From Phoronis australis (taxonomy: Eukaryota > Animalia > Phoronida), in the NCBI GenBank assembly GCA_002633005.1, contig NMRA01000099.1:894199-958198 (forward strand): a stretch of DNA of 64,000 nt, written 5' to 3'. A model generated the notes under the pieces. The model was given only the letters and a program-made list of their open reading frames with translations, ran no database searches and had not been told where the DNA came from. Positions 26,501-40,287 of this stretch are shown in pieces; within the stretch, counting starts at the first letter, position 1, and every line of letters begins with the position of its first letter. Made by a program: the position numbers and the translations under genes.

Positions 26501-29500
26501 TCAATTGCACATGCATTCAATATTATACAAATGTCGACCTATCCTGAGGGTAAAATCATGTCATATGCTCTCCCGAGGTCAATATTTTATGATACGCTGA
26601 GGAATCGATCTATTTTTGTTTCATTATACGACCACGATTTTATCTGTTATTTAGGTGCGAAACTTTAATTTTGGGTGTGTCAAACGTAATTTTTTTACTT
26701 ATTTAGTATGCCAATCCTAAAATCCGGCTAGATTTTAGGCCCTAGTATAGGTCCTAGCGCTACTGAACGCAGAATGGTGAATGTTGGCCAATTCCCCTTT
26801 TGTCCACTGACGTCACAAGCATACTGGCGCCTCCAGTGGAGGCCCTGAGAACTCGTAAACAAGCATGCTGGCGACTGTGGTTAAAGTATTTTTTATGATT
26901 TTTCCAGAGTCGCTATGTTTTAGTGTGTTTTTTAAATAATGTTGCATGTCATACCTCTCAGAAAATTAATATTGTTCCAATAAATTAAGAAAATTGGAAT
27001 ATTCATTCTCGCGATCCTGCAACACCATCCAAATGTTCTTCTGTGTTACACACGGCAAAGCCAAAGTTTTATCCCCACGCGAAATAGCCTCGTTTACGCT
27101 CGACTAAAAAGGAATCTTTCAATCATATTTATATATCATTCATTATTGTATTCCATGCATTATGTTTTTAGAAAAAAACGACACTCAACGTCCCACAATA
27201 AATACAAGTCTGTTCGCCAGCTTGGCTCGGCCGTTGCTAGGCTGGATACTACCGGGTTCATGAACTCGGTTTATTTACGAGTTCTCAGGGCCTCCACTGG
27301 GGGCGCCAGTATGCTTGTGACGTCAGTGGACAAAAGGGGAATTGGCCAACATTCACCATTCTGCCTACTGAACGCACGCCTGAAATGCCAACTCCGATCT
27401 CGTGATCTCTGAGATTGCGCCGCGCATGCGTGAGATTTGTTTGCATTCATTTGTTCCGGTGTGTGTACTAGCTATTCCGCCGAATTGCATAAGAGCCATA
27501 TCATTAGAAAGTCCTTGAAAGTTCTTGATAATTATATCAGAAAGCAAAAGATAAATAATTTAATTCACAAGTAATTATCATTTCACACACCTGACTGGTT
27601 AATAGCTATTTTTAATTCCTAAAAAAGAGTGCTTCCAAAATGCGAAAAATAACAGCGTGTAATAGTAACTAAAAGAAAATGAACCAAGGAAGTTGTATAA
27701 ATGTCTAGTTTAACAATTAGGGAAATAATTTCAATGATTCAAAAGATTTCTACCCTATGAAGACAAAGCTTTTTTAATGTAGATCCTTCAAACTTGCTGT
27801 GGTAATTTATTGAAGCATTCATCCAAAACTACATCTTTCTATATTATAATTAATCGGACCTTTGGTGCCGTGTGATACAATTATTTAGCAAAAATTCAGA
27901 ATGCAGTGACATTTACGAAAAGTGCGATAAACTACTCCAAGTATCTATCCGAAATTTGCAGACAAAGGTTTTCTGATACTGAGATAAAAATGGACAAACA
28001 TCTGTCACGTGACATGTACTGTGGATAGCTCGTTACATTGCTTGCAGTGTACGACTTTCCATAAAAGCTCTTTTCTTCAGAAAGTAAAAGTTAGTGATCC
28101 TGATACATAAAGTGTATGTTACCGAAAGCAAGAGACACTGTAACACATTTTTGCGATTGATACGTTACTTATGTTCATAAAAAGAGACAATATTATTTTG
28201 AACACATGTTGCGCAGAAGTCACGGTCAACATTCAAGAACTAAAAAGAACAGAACAACTGGATTAAAACGCGGAACTTCAGGATAAAAAGCGAAACATCT
28301 GGGTCTAAGCCAAAACGTAAGGTTAAAATGTTCGCTGCAACACACAAAGACGGGCTGACAAGGTTTTTGTCGAAAAAGAGATGTAACCCCAAAAAATACC
28401 CAACAGCGTTGTTTGTTTGTTGTTTTTTATAGTTGAATGCGAACTTGCTGGTGCCGCAAAAACCCATTAAACGCCCGTTTTTTTCTTTTTAGTCGATCTG
28501 AAAAATATGGCTATGTCGCATGAGAAATAACAATGATAATTTGTCAATTTGACCGTGTGCCAAAAGCAGAACATTTAGATGGTGGCGCGATGGCGGAAAA
28601 AATAAAAAGCGAGACAGTCCGAAAAAGCCGGGCAATTAGCAAATACACAGTACGCCGTCAGCAACAGGAAGTTCTAGATTGTTTTTTTTTTCAAGGTAAA
28701 CGTTTCATTTAAAAATTATTTAGCGGGCATAGATAAATACTACAGGTAACAGTAGGCCTTATTTTCAGAAATCGAATTGACAAAACTGACGGCAACTGAG
28801 CAACAGGTAAATATTGCACAAACAAATTATTATCAAAAAGATCGAAACAATGATAATACACACACGCACGCACGCGCGCACGCACACACATACACACCTT
28901 CAATTAGCAAATTATGATTTTTTTGGAAAGTTACTTATACTTTTCATTTAGGCCAAATGTAACTTCTTTCCGGAAAATACACGATTTTAACATCCAAAAT
29001 ATCTTGTTGTTTTTAGTATGATAGGTTGTCGAAAGGGGCTCTACGACTGGAGCTGAAAAGATTTTAGGGGCCAAACTACTCCCGGCATCCACCTAGGGCC
29101 ACAGGTCGGTGCTTATAAAGAATAACTACTGTAAATGTCGGGTCCGTTGACTAATTTTGCAGAGAAATCGCTGATTGTATGGAACCGTGCCTCAAGAGTC
29201 CCACTTGATTAACAAACATGACAAAATGAAAATGAATCAATGGTTTGATTTGATAACTACAACTCTCCATTAAAACTCAGTCGAACAGGTAGCAGGAAAT
29301 TCTCAGGGCAAACTATCGCGGCTATTCTCGGGGTCCCAAGCTCTAATCAGAATGGAATACATAGGTCACGTGAGGGAGTTGGCATTCCAGGGCTGGAGTG
29401 ATTTTAGGTAATTCTATCGGACACCTAGAAGTCGGAGTCGGAAATCGAGAATACAGCAGAGCTTGTTAGTTTTTTAGCCCTCTTCATAGCTAATAACTTC

Positions 29501-32500
29501 AATAAGTCCATCCTAATACCCAGAAATAATCCCAAAGATGTACTTTTTGGTCTTAAAACCGATTGTACGCTGCAACATATTTGAAAAACATTCTTTTGGT
29601 CCATGTTTCGTGATGGGACCTTCGTTTTCTCTATACGACGAATTAGCATTACTAATTACACATGACAAAAACATGGACCACCGCTGTCTTAATTCATTCG
29701 AGTTTGAACATTTCTAGTACGACTTAACGTAATTGCGTGTGTCTTGTAATTCTTGGCCTCAAGCAGTTCTTTCGAAGTTCTGACATCACGTTTAATTTGA
29801 CTAAGGAACAGCTTGAGGCCAATTCCTTAACGATAAACGGTCTAAACCAAAAGTTGTTCCTTGTGATGGAAGGCGGGTTTCTAACCGTAAAGGTCTCGAT
29901 ATGTGGCCAACGGGGGTGAGTTCACCTAAACACGGGTGACCAGTTTTTAGTATTCTCAAGGGTAGCGAAACGATCCATTGGCCGGAAATCAAAGAATAGT
30001 TCGGTGACACTTTTACGAGTCAACAGTCGCCGAGTTTGTACTCCAGTCAACATGGCTGTTGAACTAGAAGTTCCAGTTCGTCCTTTTCCATGTTAGACCT
30101 AGGGAGTTGGTCTCGGGCCAAAGGTATACGCAAACAAAATCTAGCGATCATATTTATAGTTCCGGCCACTGCATTGCTTCGCTATCCCTGTGCTGTCACC
30201 TTTCTGAGTTGTCCTGTATTTTTGGTCATATAAGTGCCACGCCTTAGCGTGCGACTTTAAGACATTGTGGGCCGCTTTATAAGGACTCACACCAGGGTCG
30301 GCAATACCAGGGGCATGGACCGCAACGCCATAGCCCAGCCACGTGAACACGAAAGGTTCGTTGAAGGTCAGCCAAAGTTTTACCTAAGAAAACAAGACAT
30401 ATTAATAGGCATAGTCATGTGGAAGGTTTATTAGTATTTTGTGAAACTGATTTCTTTTTTTTAAGCATGATTTGTTCTTTCAAGCGTGGCATTCAGGTCT
30501 TAGCTGGAAACATTTTACGGCAAAATTTGAAGAAATAAGCGTAACTAAACTCGTCACAATGACATGTGGATATTAGTTTCTTTCTAGTTATTTCAGTGAC
30601 AAAATCATCGAAGTGCAAGAAAGACAATACATTCTGCAGCTTACGTTGTCTCCGAGCTCCCGGTAACACACGTCCGCGTAGTCCCGGAAATGGTTAACAA
30701 TGGTCTCATTTGTCCAACCGCCTACGTCCTGTAGCGCCTGAGGGAGGTCCCAGTGATACAACGTTACCATAGGCTCGATGTCATTACTCTTTAGCTCTGC
30801 TGCGAGCGCCTTGTAGAAGTTCATTCCTTCTTGGTTATAGGACTTTTTAGTTCCGTCGGGAAACACTCGTGGCCATGAGATGGAGAAACGGTAGTGATCC
30901 ACCTTTGAATGCATTGAAATACACAAACAGCTAAGAAGTTGGCTTCTCATGGCTGTTCCATTTAGACATCGAGTGTGATTTCATACAACAACCAGTAGTC
31001 GGTTCTTTCCGAGCATTAATGTCACAATTATAGGAGTAAGGAACAAAGTGAGATCAGTTTCATGGAAAAAGTGGTCTAAATCAAAAGTTATTTTCTTTGA
31101 TGGAAGGCAGGACTACGAACACAATTCCTTAAAATAAGGATTGAATTGTTACATTACGAAGCTGGAAACGCGAACAGTATGACCAAAGTTAATCTTGACA
31201 TGCATAACGAAAGAGGCAACTATCGAGGTACCGGTACTTTGTAAAATAAACAATCTTCGTTTGGACAATGGCTTTGGAATTTGGATTCTGTTAACAATAG
31301 CTTCAGTTACATTTCTAAAATATTCACACCATTTTCACCCCCTGTCACGCACTCCAAGTTGGAATCGAACACACTTGGTGTATCAACGAACACAGGATTC
31401 GAACTTTTGTATCACAAACTATTATTTATCTATGATGAAACTACCACTTTTCAACTATTCATACTTTTTAGTAAATTCATTATCATCATGGGTCATTATC
31501 GTCGTCCTTTATCATTAAATTAATCACAATCATCATCAGAACCACTATCATCATCATGATAACTACCACCACCACCCCATCATCATCACCATTATCATCG
31601 TAATTATCACCACCGCTACCGTCATCAGAATCGTCACCGACATCAACATCATCATCACAATTGTTTTCATCACCATCTCTACCATTGTCATCATTTCCAT
31701 TCCATTGTTATCTTCATCACTTCTATCATCACCACCATCGTTATCGTCATCACTTAGCATTTATCATCATCATTATCGTCATCATCATCACTGCCACCAC
31801 CGTCAGCTCATCATCACCACAATTTCCGTTGTCACATTAATCACCACCACCGTCTCATCCCCACTGTCATCTTCGTCATCATAAACATCACCATCGTCAA
31901 TAATAACTCACTCCCATCTCTTTGGAAAGAGCAACATCTTCCTTGTATTTATGAAAACTGTCACACGCTATGTCACCCGTGCTGTTATCAGCTATCCTGT
32001 GTGGAATCTGGTGCGTGAATTCATCCCAGATACCAAAACCTTTACCTGGAAAGGAAAAAGGGCTCGATTAACCACTCATTTCGATGAATCCGGTCAGGGC
32101 GATTAGATTTAAAGGTTCCACGCAATAGACAAAATTCCTTTTAAACACGTGAAATACGTGTATTAGTGGTCAACTTTAGCGTGCTGTTTTTTCGTATTTT
32201 CCACAGGGTACTCTAATTAACCCGCCTCATCACGAGCCCTATTTAACACCGAAAAAAAATTAGGTGGCATCATACAGGTCGATTGGTAGCGACCTACATG
32301 GGCGAATTTCGTTGACAAAGAAGGAAGAGAGTGTTGACTGACTTAAGTAACAACTTCTATGGGATCAAAGAATTTCTACATGACCCGTCACAGAATTTTC
32401 TGAAACTTTACCGATTGATTCATATCCACCTCAAACTACACCAATCCCCATAATACACTCATTGACCTCTCTGTCTATTTTTATAACACCTGAAATGGTT

Positions 32501-35500
32501 ACATGAACAATGCAACACGTGTGAATTAGAGACTGAAATTCTATGCTGTGCAGGCATGTATAATATTCATCCCCCAGCCCAAAATTATGAAAATGGCCAC
32601 ATGAACAGGTTTTTATCAGTGTCGGAATCTGCACAAAAAGTGCAACAGAGCATGTACGATCTACAGGTACTGTGAGTGAGCCAGTTTTTAAGCATGAAAT
32701 CACCCTGGCTGGAGAGGGCGTGTTTGGTACATTGCTCGGTGCACGAAAGCTCACTACTTTCGATGAAATATAGGCTCCCTTTGGTTATTGACAGACACAC
32801 TTGCGATCTAGCAAGGGAAACTGCATTCGATGACATTGCAAGACAGTGGGTGTCTGCCCCATCCGCCATTATGGCGTTTTCGCGTTGCTCCCAACTTGTT
32901 CGATTCTATAGCTCAACAACAAGTTGGGAAGTTTACCCCTGTAGCCCACAGCTTACATTAATTCTATCCTGGCATTTATGGTTGGAGGGCCAGCTCTCTT
33001 TTGTTCGATAATTGCTCTATCTCCCATAAGATCGTATCTACCCTGACTGGGCTGTGATGTTAAAAATAAAAGTTAAGTTATAATATATTTGAACATAAAC
33101 CAATAGCATTTCTGAAAATTTCGTCAAATGGTGATCATGTTTGGTTTTTGAATCACCAAAATCGCCCAACTGCAACCGAAGTTACGACAATCTATTCCGA
33201 ATACACCAATTCACTCTGAGTTTGACTGTGTTCACACGTGGTCTGAAATAAGCCTGGTAGATAATTGGTCTGCTTGTTGTCATAACAGACAAAAGATTGT
33301 GCTTGGCAGTTAACACAGAAGCTAGATGTTATCACACGCTCAAAACCTCCTACCTCTGGTAAAGCCACTGAACGGGAAAACGCTGTCATGTCTGCATTTG
33401 GAGCATCGGGTTCTTATGAAGAGAGCTGGCCACAGTCCGTTCTAATGAAACTGTGTCTACTCTAGGTGGTCACTACACATAAGGAAATGGAGCTCTAGCT
33501 TTGCTCATGACGTGAAAGTGGTCTTGACGGAAAATTTGCAGCCGGGCAAAGAACTGATGTCAAGAGCGTCCCTACAGTCGTGACTAAAGAGATGAATTTA
33601 GCAAACAATGGCCAGAAAGAAAACATTTTAAATGAGATTACTGGCGACCGTAGGCCCATACTCAGGGCTTCTTCTATTGTATGGCTGCCTCCTCTAAAGC
33701 TGGCCGTAGGATGGAGACGCGCAAACGGTTGAGGGAAATTTTTAAGATCCGAACTATTACACGAAGTTCTGGGTTAATACCCAGTCCGTTCTACTCTGGG
33801 AAGTCTTGTCGACATCTTTTTCTGTTGGATGATGGTCGAGGTTTAAAAATCAACAGTTATTTCTTGATGTTGTATGTTCATACAGTTTAATTTGTTCAGC
33901 ATTTTATATGGTCTGAGTTTATTCTGCTGTGAAAAGAAGGAAAGACAGGCAACATACCTGTACTATTTAATCGATATTACTGTAAGAGTTGAAATTTACA
34001 AAAGCACCTTTTTCGCTCAAGCCCAAGGGATGGAAGCTTCAGATAACGACAAAATGCTCATCACATATCATATATGTGACGGGACAGTAGGAACTGTGTG
34101 TCAGAATAAATACTGATTAAGTAATTAGTAAGAATAGATCCATTTTAGTTGCCCAAAATTTGTGCATATGTACTTTCAAATCATGGGGTCAGACTTGTTG
34201 ACATGTACTTTAACGTCAAAATCTATTTTTAGATGGTGTTTACAACTTTGGGTTCTGGGGTCAAAGTACTCTAGAGATTCTAGAAAATTCTGAGAACAAA
34301 TTGTAACAGCCAATAATATGATTGGATATGATCATGTGGTTTTTATTAGTCAATCACTAAATAAGTAGAATGTTATATTATGGACTGAAATCAACAAGAT
34401 AATCATGCGCTATAGTAGTTGAAGCATAAAGTCTTGCTACAGTGTACAGAGGAAATTGTACGACAGAGCCATCTCGTGGAAGATTCTAGAAAGGATCTTG
34501 GCTAGGGCAAGGGTTAACGAACAGGAAGTTAACTAAGATACTACCTGAAGTATTGCGTCAACTGCCAGAGACTGTGACCAGCAAGAAGAATCGCGGGTAG
34601 AAGAAATTGCCTGCAAGCGTTACATCACCTGAGACGGTGACCAGCAAGTACACTGTCGCTATACAGCGTGTGTGTGTAGTTCGAAGATTCACCAACAGGA
34701 CAGACATCCAGCTAGTGGAGAGTCCTAGCTTGGATAGCAGATAAGAATTTGATTATTTGTGTTGATTGATTAAAGTAATCTTTAAAGAGGGCGCTAGTGT
34801 AGCTACTTTTCTTTGTAGTTGATTACTTAATTAACAACAGGTTTCACTTGTCTAATTAGAGGTTATCATATAATAAATTAATTACTGGATTTGATTATTC
34901 ACTCTCCATCTACGCACAATCTCAAAGCATAGCTACCTTTTAAACAAACCCACAGTCAATCGTCTGACACTGTGCGTTCACTGCTATGCTTATATTTAGT
35001 TGTTGCGGTTCATTTATCCTTGTGCTACTGCCTTTGTTGCGTCTCAGTGCGCCTTTGTTATGTGGGCATACAGGCGCATGTGTAACTGAACTGACGATGT
35101 TTATTTTCTAAAAAGCCAGTTATACATACTTGAGAAAAACCAAGGTCATTGGATTTGGTAATTGCATCCTCCAGCATTTTTACATAAGAAATGGGGTTCT
35201 GCGAATTGTGAGGTCCCATATAGAAATAGGAGTGACAAGTGATTTAGAATCTCGAGGGTCGGTCTCATTTCTAAATCAACCAATAACATTCAAGTACAAA
35301 CTAGGTCATCTTTTCACAAACAACGACGTCATCTTGCGACGGTATAATTTAATAACATGGCGTAGACATCAAGGCGTGTGTGCGGAAAATGTCAAGGTTT
35401 TTGCATATAGGCACGTTAGAGGCGCACCATAGGGGGCGGGGGGAGGGAAGGGGTGGACTATAGCCCCCACTTATTTCAGTGCTGCGCAGCCCATGTTTTC

Positions 35501-36414
35501 TGCCGACTTCTTTCATTAAATGACCTTTTCTGTTTTGGTTAGGAGCTGGTACTGTATTTTGCTGAGTCTTTTAGGCCTTGCAACTACCACAGGTACGATT
35601 TTAAATTGTAACATTTGGGCAAAATTGTGTTCCACGATTTAACAACCTTTTGGAGCGTGTCTGGAAATATTTATTAACAAACAGGTTACGTGTCTAGCCA
35701 CCATGTGAACCGGACATTAGCCGATTTTCAGTGCCAGTCTCTCTACGTTCTTGATATCTAACCTAACAGTGATGCCAGAATCAGGTACTTAAAGCTGTTG
35801 CCCTTTCACAGTATTGTAAAAAGTCTGCAGTACTCGTACACTGCTTTTTTGGAGTCTGGATTCCTCTGTGTACAGACTTGCTATAGAAAACCCCACAAAA
35901 CTGGTACAGTCGTGATGTTCGGTGTTTTAAGCTATAAGTAACACTTGCAGTGTCAGTAAAAAAACATTTCAAATGATGTCGCACGTCAAACGTGACTAAA
36001 AATTCGAGTTCTCTGGAGACCACTTGTTAACCTATTGAACGACGCAACCCATCGCGTACAGATTGCGCACTTGAAACGCTACAGTTTCATATGTCTTGCA
36101 TGTCAGCTTAACTGTGATGTTGTTGGCTTCCAGTCTCTTTTGGATAATCGTTTCCAGGCGCATCACGTACATGCGGCCATAGTGTTGCAATGTTGCCTAT
36201 CGTTCAAAACGTTTAATTTGCTAGGTGAGTAACGTGATTGTGACCTACCACTCTCGTTCCAAGCACCCTCAATCTGGTAACTAGAAGTGGCTGTTCCCCA
36301 CATAAAATCCTCGTCAAATGAGTCGTACAGGAACCCGTCATTGAATGGATCCGAATAGGCCAGCGTGGTGGAGAGGATGGTAAACGACAGAAAAATATAG
36401 AGAACCGTCATCAT
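23589..36414 (-). CDS. Glycoside hydrolase family 1 beta-glycosidase (lactase-phlorizin hydrolase-like, single domain), paralog A, 8 exons, ~526 aa, signal peptide and probable GPI anchor
   Basis: Exons (minus): 36414-36249, 32045-31912, 30902-30645, 30383-30200, 26494-26255, 25857-25722, 25369-25185, 23866-23589; total 1581 nt, phases consistent. Motifs: [46 protein letters not shown] (acid/base Glu), ITENG (nucleophile Glu), WSLLDNFEW. Hydrophobic N-terminus and C-terminal NSS...[14 protein letters not shown] tail. Confidence 0.94.
24475..24681. mobile_element. hAT-like MITE (CAGTGG..GATCTA family)
   Basis: Imperfect TIRs CAGTGGAAGATCTAC / GTAGATTTGCCTCTG; flanks GTAGC / GTAAC. Confidence 0.6.
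26769..27364. mobile_element. Mutator-like (MULE) MITE, 596 bp, ~91-bp TIRs, 9-bp TSD
   Basis: TIRs 26769-26859 and 27274-27364 differ by one base. CTACTGAAC duplicated at 26760-26768 and 27365-27373. G...C termini. Long TIR plus 9-bp TSD is the MULE signature. Confidence 0.88.
28858..28897. repeat. (CA)/(CG) purine-pyrimidine microsatellite
   Basis: ACACACACGCACGCACGCGCGCACGCACACACATACACAC. Confidence 0.85.
31480..31900. repeat. Degenerate (CAT/CAC/CGT)n microsatellite at the start of GH1-A intron 2
   Basis: About 420 bp of CAT-based triplets ending beside the exon-2 donor at 31911. Confidence 0.9.
34196..34839 (+). mobile_element. Probable solo LTR (Gypsy/BEL-like)
   Basis: TGTTG...CAACA termini, repeated TCTAGA(A) motifs, ATTAAA near 34769 about 70 nt before the right end. 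No clean TSD, so the left boundary is uncertain. Confidence 0.45.
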
Positions 36415-36559
36415 GAACAATACACCTTTACTTAGCTCCAGGACTCGCGAGACTTATTACAGTGATTTATCACTGCTTTCGACCGATATCGCAGTGGCGC
36501 GACCGGGGGTTCCTTCTTTTTCGGCAAGCGTCAGGACTGGCATCAGATCTGTATTGCTC

Positions 36560-36615
36560 ATAATGACGACGAGGGCAATGATGATGATGATGATGATGTG
36601 ATGATGAGGATGATG

Positions 36616-36650
<35 letters not shown>

Positions 36651-36682
36651 GTGATGACAATGACGACGATGATGATGACGAT
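36560..36682. repeat. (GAT)n microsatellite ~150 bp upstream of the GH1-A start codon
   Basis: Near-pure GAT run with GAC/GAG variants; it explains the poly-Met/His/Ser/Ile ORFs in the track. Confidence 0.95.
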
Positions 36683-38574
36683 TTTCGTCTCGACGTGCAG
36701 TTGCACATCAAGTTCTGATAAGTTTATGGGATTTCGAATTTCTTTACGAACTGTAGGAGAATTCACGGCTGCAGAAGGACACATCTTTTGTAGGCTGGTC
36801 CTGAATGTGTAACCGTATGCCGTACACTGGAAGAACATACGATACCCGGGAAATATATTATATAAAATGAAACGTTTACACAAAATTCGTCTCCCCCGCT
36901 CCACTACAGATCTTCGTTGCGCCCGTTTCGGCACCGCCTTGGTCCCAGGTAATGCACCGGCCCTCTATTCAGATTCGAGTGTTCCATTTTTTCTCGCGGC
37001 CAGTTTTGTACGGGTCTTGGTGACGCCAGTCTGTTGGCTCAACGGACTGGGTGATTCCAGTCAGTCGGCTTAATTTCACTCCCTCTGGCTTCCGTCGTAT
37101 ATACGTCTTCGGGCCTGTCGCCGCCAAAGTTAATGATGTCACAAGCGCATTGTTTTCAAAATGACAACAGGGCTCTCTTTGTTACAAAAGGCGGAGGATT
37201 ACGAAAAAAAATGGCGTTTGTTAGCCTTTTTTCACTTACATGGCTGCAACGAGCAAGGTGGGAATTGGCTGATTTCTACAGATTCTGCATGCACCCCCGC
37301 CGGTCGTTAGCTCTACATGTTGACAAAAGTTTCACGACGAGGTGACGAGCTGAGCTTCCCGAGTTGTGTGAAGTTTCAGTATCTAACGGAGCTCGACACA
37401 CCTACCTAGCTGGGAGTTAACGATAATTTTCATACAGCTAGGTGGCTTTCTACCTTAGTATGTGCATTTATGATACGACTTTTGTAAATACATTGTATAC
37501 TTTAGTGTTCACATTTTTTACCATTATGTTACGACAGGGTTAAATGTTCTGGAAAGAACAAATATTTTTGCTGCCTGGGGAAAAATCCCGCAGCCGCACA
37601 CCCTGCCTAAATCTGACAGAAATTCCGATTGAAATGTCCCTGTCTCTTGCGATGAACACTTATGTTCACTTGAAGGTGTACCTATTTCCCATCGACATTT
37701 CCCGTATACTAGCTGCAACCTGTGCTTAAGCATGGGTAACGGCTAGTTTAATCTTAAACGACTGGGAGTGGTTTTCGTTTCGTATAATCTACCAGTTCAA
37801 ATTTATTTTACGTCGTCGGACGTATTACCGAGTTAGACTTTGCACAACGTAGAAAGAGCCAGGGTGACCCACCTAACGAGAAGCATGTTGTCATGCCGAT
37901 TAAATATGTGTTGTTGGCTTGTCCGCTAAAAGTGTTTGAATAGCAAAAAGCAAGCACAGATAACGATTCCTCACATAAGTCCTTATTATCACACCTCTTG
38001 TCGTCCTTGTGTCACATAAATGGTTGTCAATTAATGGTTAGCGAGATTCATTCCGCAAAACGCCTTTAAAGTCAATAATTTGTTCCGTGTACTTTTGTAT
38101 CGTATTTTTGCTTCATTTTTTCATGACATAGTTGGCCAACCGAGACATTCGTGGTTTACATGAATGTAATCCATTTTAGTTTTTCAAATACCCTTGCAGT
38201 TATCACGTTCCAATTACCATTTTTCTCGCGAAAATACAATATACAAATTTCAACACAATACAATACTGTACCACGGCATACTCTCTTCAGCCTTTTTGAG
38301 AAACTTTAGGGAACTCTAAACGACGCGTGTTACTGTTCAGGAAGTTGTGGCATAAATTGTTGGGGACAGTAGGTATAGTTGAAGGTCAAAGGGCGTAGTG
38401 ATGACGAGGAGGTGGGGTAAGAATTTGGGACACGAACTAAGGAGAGAATAGGTGACGACCATGCAGTAGAAATTGAAGACGAGAGGGAAATGTTGGAGAA
38501 CAATAAGACAAAAGTAAGAAAACACTGCGTTTTCAATAAATGACTGTTAGCACGGTAGTGTTGAATTGTCTCCG

Positions 38575-38863
38575 CATAGGCGGATTTAGGAGGGGGCAGG
38601 AGGCCCGCCCCCTTCTTGGCTGCTGCAAGCAAAATGAAACAGCAACAGCGTGAAGCGTGAGGAAATATTGAGTTCAGTAACTAGGACCGGTAGCGGATGA
38701 GGGAGGGCGTATTTGTTTTAGTCGACCGATAGGTTTTCCGAACAGGGGGTCCACATCCCCGGTCCCCGCAACTTTCGGGACCCCTGTGTACATACAATTG
38801 CGCTTTGCCCAATTCCCCGAGGCAACATGTTGCCCCCCATATGGTATCCTAGATCCGCCACTG
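38575..38863 (-). mobile_element. hAT-like MITE with 5-bp TSD
   Basis: Ends CATAGGCGGATTTAGG / CCTAGATCCGCCACTG; CTCCG duplicated at 38570-38574 and 38864-38868. Confidence 0.75.
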
Positions 38864-39299
38864 CTCCGTGCAAAACATCCATAGTAATTCCATCGCAATG
38901 AACTTTGTACAATGGGTGGACCTGTGTACTGAACTCGAAGCATTGGCCAATACACGAATGGGCGTTTTCTGCCACTTAATTGACGAATCGTTATCAAAGT
39001 ATAAATACTACTCCGGTGAAACCCATAAAACTTGCTAAGATAGTCAGACCTTATTTCATGAAACCGATAATAACGGTTGAAATAAGATGCCCTAAAGGAA
39101 TTTTACTGTAAGACGAGCAGTAACCCGTATCAAAAATAAAATAATTTTACTTAGCATTACATAATGTAAAAGGTAAATGAAACTGCAGTACGTAACAAAG
39201 CATTATTTTATGCAACACTGAAACTTAAACCTAGATTTGATAAAGATAGAAATCTTGTCACTGTCTGACGAATGTCATGGTGGTATAAGATCGTTCGGA

Positions 39300-39518
39300 T
39301 AAGCATCCTCTTGTTCGGTTAGGTACAAACGTCTGACATCTCCATTGTTTTATCGTTATCACTGATTATTCATCTCTTTTGTCTAATTTCCGAACAAAAA
39401 ATCATTCCTATAAGCACCCCATTGTTCGGTAAGGCACACACGTCAGGCCTCCCTTTGTGTTGTCGTTATCACTGATTATTCATCACTGTTATTTGTCTAG
39501 TATATTCCAAACAAAAAA
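39300..39518. repeat. Tandem duplication, two ~110-bp units
   Basis: TAAGCA..TTGTTCGGT..TCGTTATCACTGATTATTCATC..GTCTA..AACAAAAA occurs twice. Confidence 0.8.
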
Positions 39519-39618
39519 GCTGGTCAACTCAAGGCGCTGTGGAATGCAGCTATTGACATCGCAACTTATGAAATACAGTCAACTAGGAAGTTGAGAAATG
39601 ACGATGTAGGACCCAATG

Positions 39619-40227
39619 CAGTGGCGGATCTAGGATATCACAAAGGGGGGCCAACATTTTTGTCTGTAAGCATTTGCGAAAACCACGATTGTAGAAGCGC
39701 ATAGCACCGAATGGGGTGAGGTCGGGAGTGGGGTTTGCGTAGGAAAATTTTCTGTTTTTTCCTCTAAAAATCGAGCATTTTCCTTGATTCCTGAAGTATT
39801 ATCCACAAAAAAAGGCAAAAAAAAACGGAGAACGTGTTAAACAGGAAAAACTGCAACTACCACAGATTCGAACTCACGACCTGGCGGATAGAGCGCGCGT
39901 GCTTTACCACTACACCACCACGATTAACACCAAATCAGAAATTAACATTAAAGTCCTTGTTGCAAACTGCCCATGTGGTTCTAGTATCCGAAAATACTTA
40001 CTACATAAATTCTTATTTTCGACACCCTTTCTTTATATTCTTTTCGCCTTTCTTGCCAAAAGCGATTTTTTAACAGTATTTGACCCTTCTCTCTCAGCGT
40101 ATGATTACCGGTTGTCATCGGTTATTTCCGTACCCACATTTCCGGCTCATCAGTTCAGNCTGTTTTATTTTTTGCGGCATCCAAGGGGGGGCGGACCTCC
40201 TGCCCCCCCCCCCTAAATCCTCCTATG
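39619..40227 (+). mobile_element. hAT-like MITE (same family as 38575-38863, opposite orientation) carrying a tRNA-derived SINE head
   Basis: Ends CAGTGGCGGATCTAGG / CCTAAATCCTCCTATG; flanks CAATG / CCATG. Minus-strand A box TGGTGTAGTGG and B box GTTCGAATC at ~39865-39920. Confidence 0.65.
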
Positions 40228-40287
40228 CCATGTCGAATGTTTGATGTAACTATAGCCTAAAGTACTTGGACCGCCGCATATTCGTAA

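Noticed and set aside
36413-36934. Poly-Met, poly-His, poly-Ser and poly-Ile ORFs
   Set aside because: Translations of the (GAT)n microsatellite. The same applies to the ORF at 31563-31760.
39860-39925. tRNA-like A and B boxes (also a B box GTTCGAATCC at 13277-13286)
   Set aside because: No convincing acceptor stem or anticodon arm; better explained as tRNA-derived SINE heads.
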